From: Acidobacteriota bacterium
GTDB lineage: Bacteria > Acidobacteriota > Thermoanaerobaculia > Gp7-AA8
DNA: 64,000 nucleotides
Direction: 5' to 3'
NCBI GenBank assembly: GCA_019244185.1
Contig: JAFATB010000023.1
Location: 480,001-544,000, forward strand
Part shown: one piece after another, positions 51,543 through 61,106 of the stretch
How the letters are laid out: each line of letters starts with the position of its first letter
Numbering within the stretch: the stretch's first letter is position 1
The notes under the pieces: model-generated
Seen by the model: the letters and a program-made list of their open reading frames with translations, nothing else
Told to the model about the DNA's origin: nothing
The model's database searches: none
Translations under genes and position numbers: made by a program

Positions 51543-52613
51543 TCAGAGCGTGCAGGATCCGCCGGGACACGAGCCGGCGTGCTGCGGCGGCGCGTAGAGG
51601 CCGCGCGCGCCGCTCTTGCTGGAGTTGCACGAGGTGCACGCCCACTGCAGGTTCGAGAGGTTGTTGTAGTCGTCCTGCGCGTCCTGCCACGGCACGCCGT
51701 CCCAGTGATCGCTGCCGTCGCAGTAGGTCTCGGTGGCGAGGCTGGACTGCGTGGTCGCGAAGTCGACGATGTGGTCGATGCCGCTCGCGGCGTTGCTGCA
51801 GCTGCCGATCGCGCAGCCGTTCGCCTTCGTGCCCGCCATCGCGGACTTCGTGGCCGACGTGAAGGAGAGCGTGTTGCGCCGGCCGTTCCAGTAGTAGTTC
51901 CCGTGCTTGTCGATGGTCTGGAAGAACTTCCGGATGCCGTTGATGATGCCGAGGATCGAGTGCGTGTAGCCGGTGGAAGCGATGCGTGCCGATTTACGCG
52001 TCAGCTGAATCGCGCCGCGGTAGGCCGCGGCCTTCCGCTGCACGGCGCGCGGTTGCACGCGCGGCGGCAGTTGCCGCTGCGGCGGCAGTTTCGCCTGCAG
52101 CGCCGCGAACGGTTTCGCGGGCACTTTCGGCTGCACCGGCGGGCGATGCGTCATCGCGCGCTGCGCGAAACGATCCGCCTCCGTTTCGAGCATGCGGTCC
52201 TGCACGACGGCGACGCCGCTGCCGAACGGATTGCGCACGCGGCCGGCGCGCTGCTGGACCACGTGCGCGAGCTCGTGGGCGAGGATCTGCTGGCCGCGCG
52301 GCGTGCGCGGGTTGTAATGGCCGGGGGCGAAGTGGATGTCGCTGCCGTGCGTGAACGCGAGCGCGCCCATCGACGCGGCCTGCGGTCCGACGTGCACGCG
52401 CACGTCGCCGAACTTCGCGCCGAACACGCTCTCCATCCGCTGGCGCACGTCGGGCGGAAGCGGCTGACCGAGACCGGTCGCGAAACGCTGCATCGGCGCC
52501 GGAAGCGCGACCGCGCCGGGATTCGCCGTCAGCGGTTGCCGCGCCACGGGCGGGCTCGCGATCCGCGACAGTCCCCCTGGAAAGAATCCTTGAATGACCG
52601 GCCGGAATGCCAT
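51543..52613 (-). CDS. DUF4157 (eCIS-core) domain protein with C-terminal HNH-type nuclease domain
   Basis: GQPLP..VR.RME..FG..F.DVRVH...A.AFT.G.DIHF..G.Y.P....G...LAHELAHVVQQ; C-terminal C....C...IDH...NLQWACTSCNSSK; GGAGG RBS. Confidence 0.82.
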   Translation of the reverse strand: MAFRPVIQGFFPGGLSRIASPPVARQPLTANPGAVALPAPMQRFATGLGQPLPPDVRQRMESVFGAKFGDVRVHVGPQAASMGALAFTHGSDIHFAPGHYNPRTPRGQQILAHELAHVVQQRAGRVRNPFGSGVAVVQDRMLETEADRFAQRAMTHRPPVQPKVPAKPFAALQAKLPPQRQLPPRVQPRAVQRKAAAYRGAIQLTRKSARIASTGYTHSILGIINGIRKFFQTIDKHGNYYWNGRRNTLSFTSATKSAMAGTKANGCAIGSCSNAASGIDHIVDFATTQSSLATETYCDGSDHWDGVPWQDAQDDYNNLSNLQWACTSCNSSKSGARGLYAPPQHAGSCPGGSCTL

Positions 52614-52656
52614 TGTTCCGCGCCTCCGTACAGCGGCAGTGTACGCCGATTCCCCG

Positions 52657-55600
52657 TCAGTGGCTCCCCACCTCGGCTGGCGCATGACGCCGGAAGATCC
52701 GCTTCATCAGCCGCGACATCCGCGCGCGGAAGCCGTCCAGGATCTCGTAGACGGTCGGGATCACGAGCAGTGTCAGCAGCGTCGACGTGATCGTGCCGCC
52801 GATGACGGCGCGTCCCAGCGGCGCGCGGAAGTCGCCGCCTTCGCCCGCGCCGATCGCGACCGGGAGCATGCCCGCGATCAGCGCGAACGTGGTCATGAGG
52901 ATCGGCCGCAGACGTACGCGGCCCGCCTCGATGAGTGCCTCGCGCAGCGGCTTGCCCTGCTCGTGGTTCCACTTCGCGAAGTCGATCAGCAGGATCGCGT
53001 TCTTGGCCACGATGCCCATCAGCAGCATCACGCCGATGAGGCTCATGAGGTTCAGCGTGTCGCGCGTGACGATCAGCGCGAGCACGACGCCGATCAGCGA
53101 GAGCGGCAGCGAGATCAGGATCGCGATCGGATCGAGGAACGACCCGAACTGCACGACCAGGATGAAGTACATCAGCAGCACCGCCAGCGCGAGCGCGGAG
53201 AGGATGCCGCCGAAGACTTCGCTCTGGCTCTCCGCCTGTCCGCCCTGCGTGATGTACGTCCCCGCCGGCAGCTTGACCGTTTTGATCCGCCGCTGCACTT
53301 CCGCGAGCACGTCGCTGAGCGGGCGCCCTTCGACGTTCGCGCCGACGGTGATGATCTTGTCGCGGTTGTAGTGATCGATCGACGTCGGCCCGAACGCTTT
53401 CGTCGTCGCCGCGAGATGCGAGACCGGCACGGTCGGCGTGCTCGTCGCCGCCGGTGACGCGCTCGCGCCGGTGCCGCCGCCGGTGCCGGCCGCGAACGTG
53501 GCGATGGTCGACGCGGTGCGCGAGACGAGCGGCAGGTTCTCGACGTCCGCCGCCGACGAGCGCGCGGCCGGCGCGAGACGCACCGTGACGTCGCGCGTGC
53601 GGCCCGTCGGATCGACCCATTCGCCCGCTTTCACGCCGGCGAAACCGGAGCGCAGCGCGTTGGCCACGTCGGACGGCGTGAAGCCGAGCGTCGCCGCGAG
53701 CGAGCGGTCGAGCTCCACGACGAGCTCGGGGCGCTGCCCTTTCGTCGAGAGGCCGATGTCGGTCGCGCCGGGCACCGAGCGGATGAGGTTCTCGATCTGC
53801 GTGGCCGCGGCATTGAGCGAGGTGAGGTCGTCGCCGCGCACCTGCACCTGCACCTGTTTGCCGCCGCCGCCCGGTCCGTTGCTGGCGAGATACGCGTCGG
53901 CCCCGGCGATCGTGCGGATCTCTTCGCGCAACTCGGCCGCGATCTGCTGCTGGCTCTTCGTGCGGTCTTTCTTCGCCTTCAGCTTGAGGTAGATGCTGCC
54001 GCTGTCGACGGTGCCCGAGCCGTCGCTGCTGCCGACCGTGCTGTACGCGTACACGACTTCCGGATGTTTGCGCGCCTGCCGCGCGATCTCTTCCGTCTTT
54101 TCGCGCGTGTAGTCGAGCGTCGATCCCGGCGCGGTGTCGACCGTGATGGTCAGTTCGCTGTTGTCCGTTTCGGGGACGAACGCGCTGCCGCCGATCGTCG
54201 CCTGCAGCACGATCGCGCCGGCGAACGACAGGATGATGATGCCCACCATCCACCAGCGGTGATCGAGCGCCCACGCCACGATGCGCGTGTAGCGGTCGAT
54301 CATGCGGTTGAACCAGTCGTTGAACCGATCCAGCGCGCGCGTGATGAAGCCGCGCTTGTGCGCTTCGACGTGCGGATCGGGCCAGTACGCCGACAGCATC
54401 GGATCGAGCGAGAACGAGACGAAGAGCGACACCAGCACCGCCGCCGCAATGGTCAATGCAAATGGCTTGAACCACTGTCCCGCGAAGCCGGGCATGAACG
54501 CGACAGGCACGAACACGGCGACGATCGAGAGCGTGGTCGCGGTGACGGCCACGCCGATCTCGTCGGTGCCGTCGTGCGCCGCCTGCACGTGGTCTTTCCC
54601 CATCTCCACGTGCCGCACGATGTTCTCGCGCACGACGATCGCGTCGTCGATCAGGATGCCGATCGCGAGCGAGAGGCCGAGGAGCGACATCGTGTTCAGC
54701 GTGAATCCGAAGACCAGCACCGGGATGAACGCGGCCAGCACCGACACCGGCAGCGCGAGTCCGGTGATCACCGTGGAACGCCAGGAATTCAGGAACAGGA
54801 ACACGACCAGCACGGTGAGCACCGCGCCTTCGACGAGCGCCTCCTGCACGTTGCTCACGGAGTTGCGCACGCGGTCGCCGGAGTTGCGGATGACGTCGAG
54901 CTTCACGCCCGGCGGCAGCGTCTTCTCGACCGTGCCGAGGCTCGCCAGCACCTGATCGGCGACATGCGTCGTGCTGACGCTCGGCGATTTCGTGATGTCG
55001 ATGCCGACCGACGCCGCGCCGTTGAGCAGCGCCGCGCTGCGCGGCTCGGCGGTGCCGTCGATGATGTCGGCGACGTCGCCGAGGCGCACGAGCTTTCCGC
55101 CGCGCGAGCTGACGATGACGTTCGCGAACTCGCGCGGGTTTTCGATGCGGCCGAGAAAGCGGATCGAGCTTTCCTGAAACTGTCCCGTTACTCGTCCCGC
55201 GGGCGTGGAGATGTTCTGCGTCTGCACGGCCTGCACGACGTCGGAGATGTCGACGCCGGCGGCGGCGAGATCGGCCGGCCGGACGTTGATCTGGATCTCG
55301 CGGTTGATGTTGCCGGAGAGGCGCACTTCCGCGACGCCATTGATGCCGCGCAGCACTTTCGTGATGCCGGGATCGGCGATCTGCGTGAGCTCCGGCGTCG
55401 ACAGGCGCGTCGACGAGAGCACGAGCGAGACGATCGGCAGCGCGTTGGGATCGTACTTGTGGATGATCGGGTCGAGGATCGTCGTCGGCAGCTGACCGCG
55501 GATCGACGACATCGCGTCGCGCACGTCCTGCGCGGCCTGATCGGCGCTCTTGCCGAAGACGAAGATCGCGGTGATCGTGGCGAAGCCGTCGACCGCCTTC

Positions 55601-55845
55601 GACTGCACTTTGTCGATGCCGGAGAGCGCGGTGAACTGCTCTTCGAGCGGATCGATGACGTCGCGCTCGACCTGATCCGGCGCGGCGCCGGGATACGGCA
55701 CGAGCACGGTGACGACCGGCGCGTCGATCTCCGGGAACTCGTCGACCTCGAGCTTCATCAGCGCGAAGAGGCCGAAGACGACGAGGATGAGCATCGCCAC
55801 GACCGTGAGCACCGGTCGTTTGATGGCCGCGTCGGAGATGATCAT
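52657..55845 (-). CDS. RND efflux permease (AcrB/MdtB-like)
   Basis: IKRPV, GILIDDAIVVREN, KNAILLIDF, RLRPILMTT, GG.ITSTLLTL. Confidence 0.93.
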   Translation of the reverse strand: MIISDAAIKRPVLTVVAMLILVVFGLFALMKLEVDEFPEIDAPVVTVLVPYPGAAPDQVERDVIDPLEEQFTALSGIDKVQSKAVDGFATITAIFVFGKSADQAAQDVRDAMSSIRGQLPTTILDPIIHKYDPNALPIVSLVLSSTRLSTPELTQIADPGITKVLRGINGVAEVRLSGNINREIQINVRPADLAAAGVDISDVVQAVQTQNISTPAGRVTGQFQESSIRFLGRIENPREFANVIVSSRGGKLVRLGDVADIIDGTAEPRSAALLNGAASVGIDITKSPSVSTTHVADQVLASLGTVEKTLPPGVKLDVIRNSGDRVRNSVSNVQEALVEGAVLTVLVVFLFLNSWRSTVITGLALPVSVLAAFIPVLVFGFTLNTMSLLGLSLAIGILIDDAIVVRENIVRHVEMGKDHVQAAHDGTDEIGVAVTATTLSIVAVFVPVAFMPGFAGQWFKPFALTIAAAVLVSLFVSFSLDPMLSAYWPDPHVEAHKRGFITRALDRFNDWFNRMIDRYTRIVAWALDHRWWMVGIIILSFAGAIVLQATIGGSAFVPETDNSELTITVDTAPGSTLDYTREKTEEIARQARKHPEVVYAYSTVGSSDGSGTVDSGSIYLKLKAKKDRTKSQQQIAAELREEIRTIAGADAYLASNGPGGGGKQVQVQVRGDDLTSLNAAATQIENLIRSVPGATDIGLSTKGQRPELVVELDRSLAATLGFTPSDVANALRSGFAGVKAGEWVDPTGRTRDVTVRLAPAARSSAADVENLPLVSRTASTIATFAAGTGGGTGASASPAATSTPTVPVSHLAATTKAFGPTSIDHYNRDKIITVGANVEGRPLSDVLAEVQRRIKTVKLPAGTYITQGGQAESQSEVFGGILSALALAVLLMYFILVVQFGSFLDPIAILISLPLSLIGVVLALIVTRDTLNLMSLIGVMLLMGIVAKNAILLIDFAKWNHEQGKPLREALIEAGRVRLRPILMTTFALIAGMLPVAIGAGEGGDFRAPLGRAVIGGTITSTLLTLLVIPTVYEILDGFRARMSRLMKRIFRRHAPAEVGSH

Positions 55846-56945
55846 TTCGCGGCGTCTCCCGCCTGTTGCGCCGCGGCCGGAACTTCCGCGCGCGTGCCCG
55901 GCGCGAGCTGCTGCGCCGCGCCGACGAGGAGGATGTCTCCCTCATTGACGCCCTGGCGGATCTCGACGCGATCGTTCTGATCGTCCACCACGCCGAGAAC
56001 GACGTCGAAATGCTCGACGACTCCGTTGCGCACACGCGTGACCGCGGGCGTGGTCATGCGATGATCGATCGCCGCCGCCGGCACGATCACGCCGATGCGC
56101 GTGAGGTTCTGTAAACGCCCTTGCGCGAAGAGACCGCTCGCCAGCGCGCCGCCGTTGTTCGGGATCTCCGCGAACACTTTGATCTGCCTCGTCGTCGGAT
56201 CGGCCTCGGGATTCACGCGCGCGATGCGGCCGCCGAACACTTTGCCGTCGAAGCCCTGCACCTGAAACTCGATCGGCGTGCCGACGCGGAGATCCTGCAG
56301 GCTGTCCGCCGCGACGGCGGCTTCGAGCTGCATCTCCGACGGATCGATGATCGTGTAGAGCGTCGCGCCGACCTGCACGACGTCGCCTTGAGAAACCCAG
56401 CGCTTCGTGACCACGCCGCTGAGCGGCGCTTCGACCGTCGTGTCGCGCGACTGCTCGTTAGTGGTCGCGCTCTGCGCCTGCGCCTGCGCCAGCTGCGCGC
56501 GTGCGGCGTCGACCTGCGCGCGCGCGGCGTCGACCGTGGCTTTCGCGACGATGCCCGAGCGGAACAGCGACTGCTGCCGCGCCAGCTCTTTCTCCGCGAG
56601 CGCCACGTTGTTGCGCAAGCTGGCGATCGCCGACGCCTGGGAGCTCTGCTGCGCGCTGATCGCCCCCGGCCCAATGCGCGCGAGCAGCTCGCCCTTCGTG
56701 ACGCGCTCGCCTTCGTTGACACGCACATCGACGAGCGGCCCCGCCACCTCCGCCCGCACGTTCGCTTCGGTCTGCGCCGAGAGGTTCCCGCTCAGCGTCG
56801 GCCCGGTGGTGATCCGCTCGCGCCGCGCGATGACGTAGTCATTCGCCCCAATCTTCGCGACGTTGTCCGCCGCCGGCTGCGGCGCGGCGCGTTTGCACGA
56901 GGCGAGGACGAGAGCGAGGAGAACAAGGACGCACTTCTGCTTCAC
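55842..56945 (-). CDS. RND periplasmic adaptor (membrane fusion protein), lipoprotein
   Basis: Lipobox LASC; V.EGE.V.KG.LL, APLSGVV, DP.TR; GAGG RBS before GTG 56945. Confidence 0.88.
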   Translation of the reverse strand: MKQKCVLVLLALVLASCKRAAPQPAADNVAKIGANDYVIARRERITTGPTLSGNLSAQTEANVRAEVAGPLVDVRVNEGERVTKGELLARIGPGAISAQQSSQASAIASLRNNVALAEKELARQQSLFRSGIVAKATVDAARAQVDAARAQLAQAQAQSATTNEQSRDTTVEAPLSGVVTKRWVSQGDVVQVGATLYTIIDPSEMQLEAAVAADSLQDLRVGTPIEFQVQGFDGKVFGGRIARVNPEADPTTRQIKVFAEIPNNGGALASGLFAQGRLQNLTRIGVIVPAAAIDHRMTTPAVTRVRNGVVEHFDVVLGVVDDQNDRVEIRQGVNEGDILLVGAAQQLAPGTRAEVPAAAQQAGDAAK

Positions 56946-56995
56946 GACCTCGCGTCGATTGCAGGCGGTGAGCCAGCGATGGGGGAGCGAGCATG

Positions 56996-57748
56996 TCAAC
57001 GGCCGCCGTCGTTCCGCGAGCGCGTCCGCCGGAACTCCGCGGGCGTGACGCCGAACAGCCGGCGGAAGACGCGCGTGAAGTGGCTTTGATCGCAGAAGCC
57101 GGCGCTCGCCGCGACGTCGGCGATCGGGGTGTCGCTCTGCCGCAGCGCGCTGCGCGCGAGCTCGAGCCGGCAGCGCCGCGCGTATTCGCCGATCGAGACT
57201 CCTTCGAAGGCGCGGAAGCTGCGCGCGACGTGACTGGGGTGCATGCCGAGGATTGCGGCGACGTCGCGGAGGGAACGCTGCTGGCGCGCGAGACTCACCG
57301 CGTCGTCGACCCACGAGGGACGGCGCTCCTCGCGCTCGCTCATGCGCGCGAGATAGCCGAGACCCGAAACCACGAGACCTTCGACGACGAGCGTCCAGCC
57401 CGGCTGCTGCAGCTGGGTTTCGGCGAGAACGTTCAGAGCCCACGCGCGCGCGGTGCGCTCGACGACGGCCTCGGGCAGCGCATAACGCGGCGGGATGTCG
57501 ATCGAGAGCGTTTCGACGGCGGTGAGGCAGACGCCGCGCGGATGCGCGCCGGTGGGCGTGTAGATCGCGCTGCCGGTTTTCAGGCGATGTTCGCGTCCGC
57601 GAATGATCACGCGCACGCTGCCGCGTCTGAGGATCGAGAGCGTGGCGGACGCGCTGCCGCGCGGCGGCGCGAACCGCGCGTCGTTCTCATGGCCGCTCGC
57701 GAAGAACGTGAACGGGCCGGCCGAGAACGCGTCGTCGTGCACCGTCAC
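56996..57748 (-). CDS. AraC family transcriptional regulator (start approximate)
   Basis: P.W, GMHPSHVARSFR..EG.SIGEYARR.RLE.A..., IADVA..AGF.DQSHFTRVFRR.FGVTPAEFR. Confidence 0.85.
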   Translation of the reverse strand: MTVHDDAFSAGPFTFFASGHENDARFAPPRGSASATLSILRRGSVRVIIRGREHRLKTGSAIYTPTGAHPRGVCLTAVETLSIDIPPRYALPEAVVERTARAWALNVLAETQLQQPGWTLVVEGLVVSGLGYLARMSEREERRPSWVDDAVSLARQQRSLRDVAAILGMHPSHVARSFRAFEGVSIGEYARRCRLELARSALRQSDTPIADVAASAGFCDQSHFTRVFRRLFGVTPAEFRRTRSRNDGGR

Positions 57749-57761
57749 GCGAACGACGGTA

Positions 57762-58805
57762 TCACCGGCTCGCGACGGCGGCGATGGCCGATTCGTAAAA
57801 GCTGCGCGTGTCCGCGTCGGAGGCGCGGTCGCGCAGCCGGGTGAGCGCGAGACGGTGAGCGGTTGCAAGCGCGTCCGCCGCGGACGTGGCGATGTCGGGC
57901 GGAACGCCTTTACCCTCCCAGTCGACCGTCCCCTCGATCGCGCGCGCGACCGGCACGGACACGGCGAATTGCGGATCGATGGTCATCCAGCGCGCAGGAT
58001 GTGCGCCGCCGCGCGTGGTCTCGCCGACGAGCGTGGCGTGCGCGATGCGCCGCATGTGCTCCGCGAATCCCTCACCGGCCGACCAGGTGCGCGCGCTTGT
58101 GAGCACGTACACGTCTCTGCCGGTGTAGCGCGGCGGCGGCACGAAGGCGAGCGTCCACTGTTGTGCCGTCGTGTTCGTGAAGCGGTTGAACATCGTCGAG
58201 ACGTGCACCGGATCGCCCTCCGGCACGAAGTAGGAGAGAAGCAGCAGCACCATCTCCGGCGAGCCGCCGTCGCTCGCGCGCAGGTCGATGATCAGCGCGT
58301 CCGTCGACTGCAGCAGCTTCATCGCGGTCACGACCGCCTCGCCGGCGAGCGCAGGCTCGTAAAACTTCGTCCACGTCAGCAGCCCGATGTTGCCGTCGAG
58401 CCGCTGCACGCCCGCGATGCCGAAGCCGTTCCGCCGCGCCTCCTCACGCGCCTCCGCCGCCTCGGCCGGCGTCTCCGGCGCATCCTCCGCGCGCGTGTCC
58501 GCGACGGCGCTGTAGCCGAAGCGGAGGTGCTCGTCGTGCACGGCCGACTGCAGAACGCGATTGACCACCGGCACGAGTGCGAGCGCGGTCGTGGCCGCGG
58601 CGACCTCCGGCGACGACTCCGCGTCCCGCAATGCCTTCGCGATCAGCACCGCCTTGTCCGGAAAGACATAGAACTTCTCGATGCGCTCCGCCGCCGCGTC
58701 GAGCAACCGTGCGCGGAGCTCTGGTGTGAGCGGCAGATCGGGAGGCCGCTGCGCGTGAACGCGAGCCGAGAGGAGAACCGCGAGCGCGAGAACGATCCGC
58801 CGCAT
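57762..58805 (-). CDS. Secreted S41 family peptidase (IRBP-like)
   Basis: Signal peptide; YVFPDK, D.HL, L.GNIG, LIIDLR..GG, TWSAGE, VGETT.GGAHP, WEG.GV.PD. Confidence 0.88.
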   Translation of the reverse strand: MRRIVLALAVLLSARVHAQRPPDLPLTPELRARLLDAAAERIEKFYVFPDKAVLIAKALRDAESSPEVAAATTALALVPVVNRVLQSAVHDEHLRFGYSAVADTRAEDAPETPAEAAEAREEARRNGFGIAGVQRLDGNIGLLTWTKFYEPALAGEAVVTAMKLLQSTDALIIDLRASDGGSPEMVLLLLSYFVPEGDPVHVSTMFNRFTNTTAQQWTLAFVPPPRYTGRDVYVLTSARTWSAGEGFAEHMRRIAHATLVGETTRGGAHPARWMTIDPQFAVSVPVARAIEGTVDWEGKGVPPDIATSAADALATAHRLALTRLRDRASDADTRSFYESAIAAVASR

Positions 58806-58812
58806 GTCCGGC

Positions 58813-58845
58813 AACGTACGCCCTCGACGTCGCGAACGTCTTGCA
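58813..58845 (-). promoter_or_regulatory. CAAGACG...TACGTT leaderless promoter motif
   Basis: CAAGAC-N19-TACGTT-N7-ATG. Confidence 0.55.
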
Positions 58846-58947
58846 GCGCAGTTGCGCCACTGGAATGAGAGGTGCGGCGGCGCGCACTCGCGCGTCCGTC
58901 CGGACGCCCTGGCGTTTTTCCATCCCGACGGCGTTAAGATGCGCCGC

Positions 58948-60228
58948 ATGGTCCGAATCAAAGAGCGCGATCTCGATGCGAAGTACAACCGTCTGTTCGG
59001 CCGCATGGCCGGGTATCTGCCGCCGAATCGCAGGGCTGTCGATGCGTATGCGGCGGGGGTGCGGAAGGAGGCGCTGGCGAAGCGCAAAGGTGCCGGCGGC
59101 GACGACTGGAAGAGTCCCGGCGTGCGCGCGTTTGCGACGCTCATCGAGAACGACGGCATCGTGCGGATGTATGTCGAGGAGATGATCCGCGAGCAGGCGC
59201 GCGGGCATGCGTCGGTACATTCCGTCGACGAGATGCTGGCCACGCTCGATCACATCGTGGCGACGGCGCCGCTCTACAACCCCGACAAGGCGAAGCAGGT
59301 CTTCTTTCCGATGTCGGCGCTCTTCGCCTACATGATGATGACCACGGCCGGCTACGCGGCGTTCCGCTATCCGGCGATCAACGACGTGCTCGTACGCATC
59401 CTCAACGAGTGGTGCCGCTTCCTCGACAGTCCCGAATCGACGTACGTGCTGAACACCACGAAGTACGGCTGGCTCTCGAAGCCGGCGTACATCCAGTACG
59501 AGCTCGAGGACTTCATCATCCCCGACAAGGGCGCGCCGCACTGGGGGTGGACGTCGTTCAACGCGTTCTTCCACCGCCAGATCCAGCCGGAGAAGCGGCC
59601 CATCGCGAAGCCGGGCGATCCGAAGGTGGTGGTCTCCGCGAACGACGGCACGATGTACAACATCATGCGCGACGTGCAGCGGCTCGATCGCTTCTGGCTC
59701 AAAGGCGAGCCGTACTCGCTGCTGAACATGCTGAACGGCCACGCGTACGTCGACCGCTTCGCCGGCGGCGACGTCTTCCAGTCGTTCCTCAGCGGCGCGA
59801 ACTATCACCGCTGGCATTCGCCGATCGCCGGCACCGTGCGCCACGCGGAGATCGTCACCGCGCTGACGTTCACGGAAGCGGAATCGGCCGGCCCCGATCC
59901 GAGCGCGGGCACGCTGTCCCTCGGCTACGAGACCGCCACGAACGTGCGCGGACTGGTCTACGTCGAAAGCGACGATCCGACCATCGGCCTCGTCTGCGTG
60001 ATCCCCGTCGGCATCACCGAGATCTCGTCGGTCACGATCGAGGTGAAGCCGGGGCAGCGCGTCGAGAAGGGCGACGAGCTCGGATACTTCAGCTACGGCG
60101 GCTCGACGCTGGCCATCGTCTTCCAGCCCGGCGCGATCAAGAAGTTCATCCCGAAGAATCCGCACGCGAAGAATCCGAAGAATCCGGCGACGATCCAGGT
60201 GAACGGCGCGATCGCGATCGCGAACTGA
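58948..60228 (+). CDS. Pyruvoyl-dependent decarboxylase of the phosphatidylserine decarboxylase fold with PSD-associated N-terminal domain (PsiD-like)
   Basis: L.EW..FL.SP.S..VL....GW, SFNAFF.R, YHRWHSP, EISS, KGDELGYFSYGGST cleavage motif; TAAGAT-N7-ATG. Confidence 0.85.
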   Translation: MVRIKERDLDAKYNRLFGRMAGYLPPNRRAVDAYAAGVRKEALAKRKGAGGDDWKSPGVRAFATLIENDGIVRMYVEEMIREQARGHASVHSVDEMLATLDHIVATAPLYNPDKAKQVFFPMSALFAYMMMTTAGYAAFRYPAINDVLVRILNEWCRFLDSPESTYVLNTTKYGWLSKPAYIQYELEDFIIPDKGAPHWGWTSFNAFFHRQIQPEKRPIAKPGDPKVVVSANDGTMYNIMRDVQRLDRFWLKGEPYSLLNMLNGHAYVDRFAGGDVFQSFLSGANYHRWHSPIAGTVRHAEIVTALTFTEAESAGPDPSAGTLSLGYETATNVRGLVYVESDDPTIGLVCVIPVGITEISSVTIEVKPGQRVEKGDELGYFSYGGSTLAIVFQPGAIKKFIPKNPHAKNPKNPATIQVNGAIAIAN

Positions 60229-60270
60229 GCGCTGCAACCCGAAGCGCGCTCGCTCCGTATCGCTCGTGGG

Positions 60271-61062
60271 ATGAGCGAAGTCTCGACGCATGGTCTCGCG
60301 GTGCGGACGTGGACCGTCGGCGCACTGCATTCGTTCGAGGCGGACTACGCGCCCGGACTGACGATCGCGACGCACGCGCATCACGGCGACGCGTTCGTGA
60401 ATCTGGTTGTCGCCGGCGTTCTGCGCGAGACGCGGGGGCGCGAGACGATCGAGTTGCCCGCGGCGACGCTCGTCTTTCACGCCGACGGCGAAGAGCGGAG
60501 GAACGTCTTCGGTCCGCACGCCACGCGGCTCTTCACGCTGCGCCTCGATCCGGCATTGCTTGACCGCGAGCGCGCGTTGCCGCGCCGCCGGTCGCGCGTG
60601 CTCGGCGATCCGCTGCTCGTGCGTCTCGTGCACCGGCTCCGCACCGAGTTATGGGCAGGCGAGGCGGCGCCGATCGTGGTCGACAGCCTGGCGGCGGAGT
60701 TGGTGCGGCTCATCGCCGGCGCGCGTGACGGGCATCGCGTGCAACCGCGCTGGCTGAAGGACGTGCGCGACATCCTCCACGACGAGTGCGCGGAGCGCCT
60801 GACGCTGCAGGAGCTCGCGTCGCGCGCCGGCGTCCATCCGATTCATCTGCACCGCACGTTTCGCGCGCGGTACGGCTGCACGATCGGCGACTACGTGCGC
60901 CGCATGCGCATCGAAGAGGCGTGTCTGCGTCTGCGCCGGACGCCGTCATCGCTCGCGCAGTTGTCGCTCGATCTCGGCTTCGTCGATCAGGCGCACTTCT
61001 CGCGCGTCTTCAAACAGCTCGTCGGCGTGACTCCCGGCCGCTACCGGCGCGACCGAGGCTAA
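60271..61062 (+). CDS. AraC family transcriptional regulator
   Basis: Cupin HAH; PRWL, GVHPIHL.RTFR..YG.TIGDYVRR.R.E.A, GFVDQAHFSRVFK...GVTP. Confidence 0.9.
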   Translation: MSEVSTHGLAVRTWTVGALHSFEADYAPGLTIATHAHHGDAFVNLVVAGVLRETRGRETIELPAATLVFHADGEERRNVFGPHATRLFTLRLDPALLDRERALPRRRSRVLGDPLLVRLVHRLRTELWAGEAAPIVVDSLAAELVRLIAGARDGHRVQPRWLKDVRDILHDECAERLTLQELASRAGVHPIHLHRTFRARYGCTIGDYVRRMRIEEACLRLRRTPSSLAQLSLDLGFVDQAHFSRVFKQLVGVTPGRYRRDRG

Positions 61063-61067
61063 TCGGA

Positions 61068-61099
61068 TACAAGACGCGTTGTCGTGCAGCGGCTACGCT
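61068..61099 (+). promoter_or_regulatory. CAAGACG...TACGCT leaderless promoter motif
   Basis: CAAGAC-N18-TACGCT-N7-ATG, directly after the araC stop. Confidence 0.55.
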
Positions 61100-61106
61100 C
61101 GTCTGC

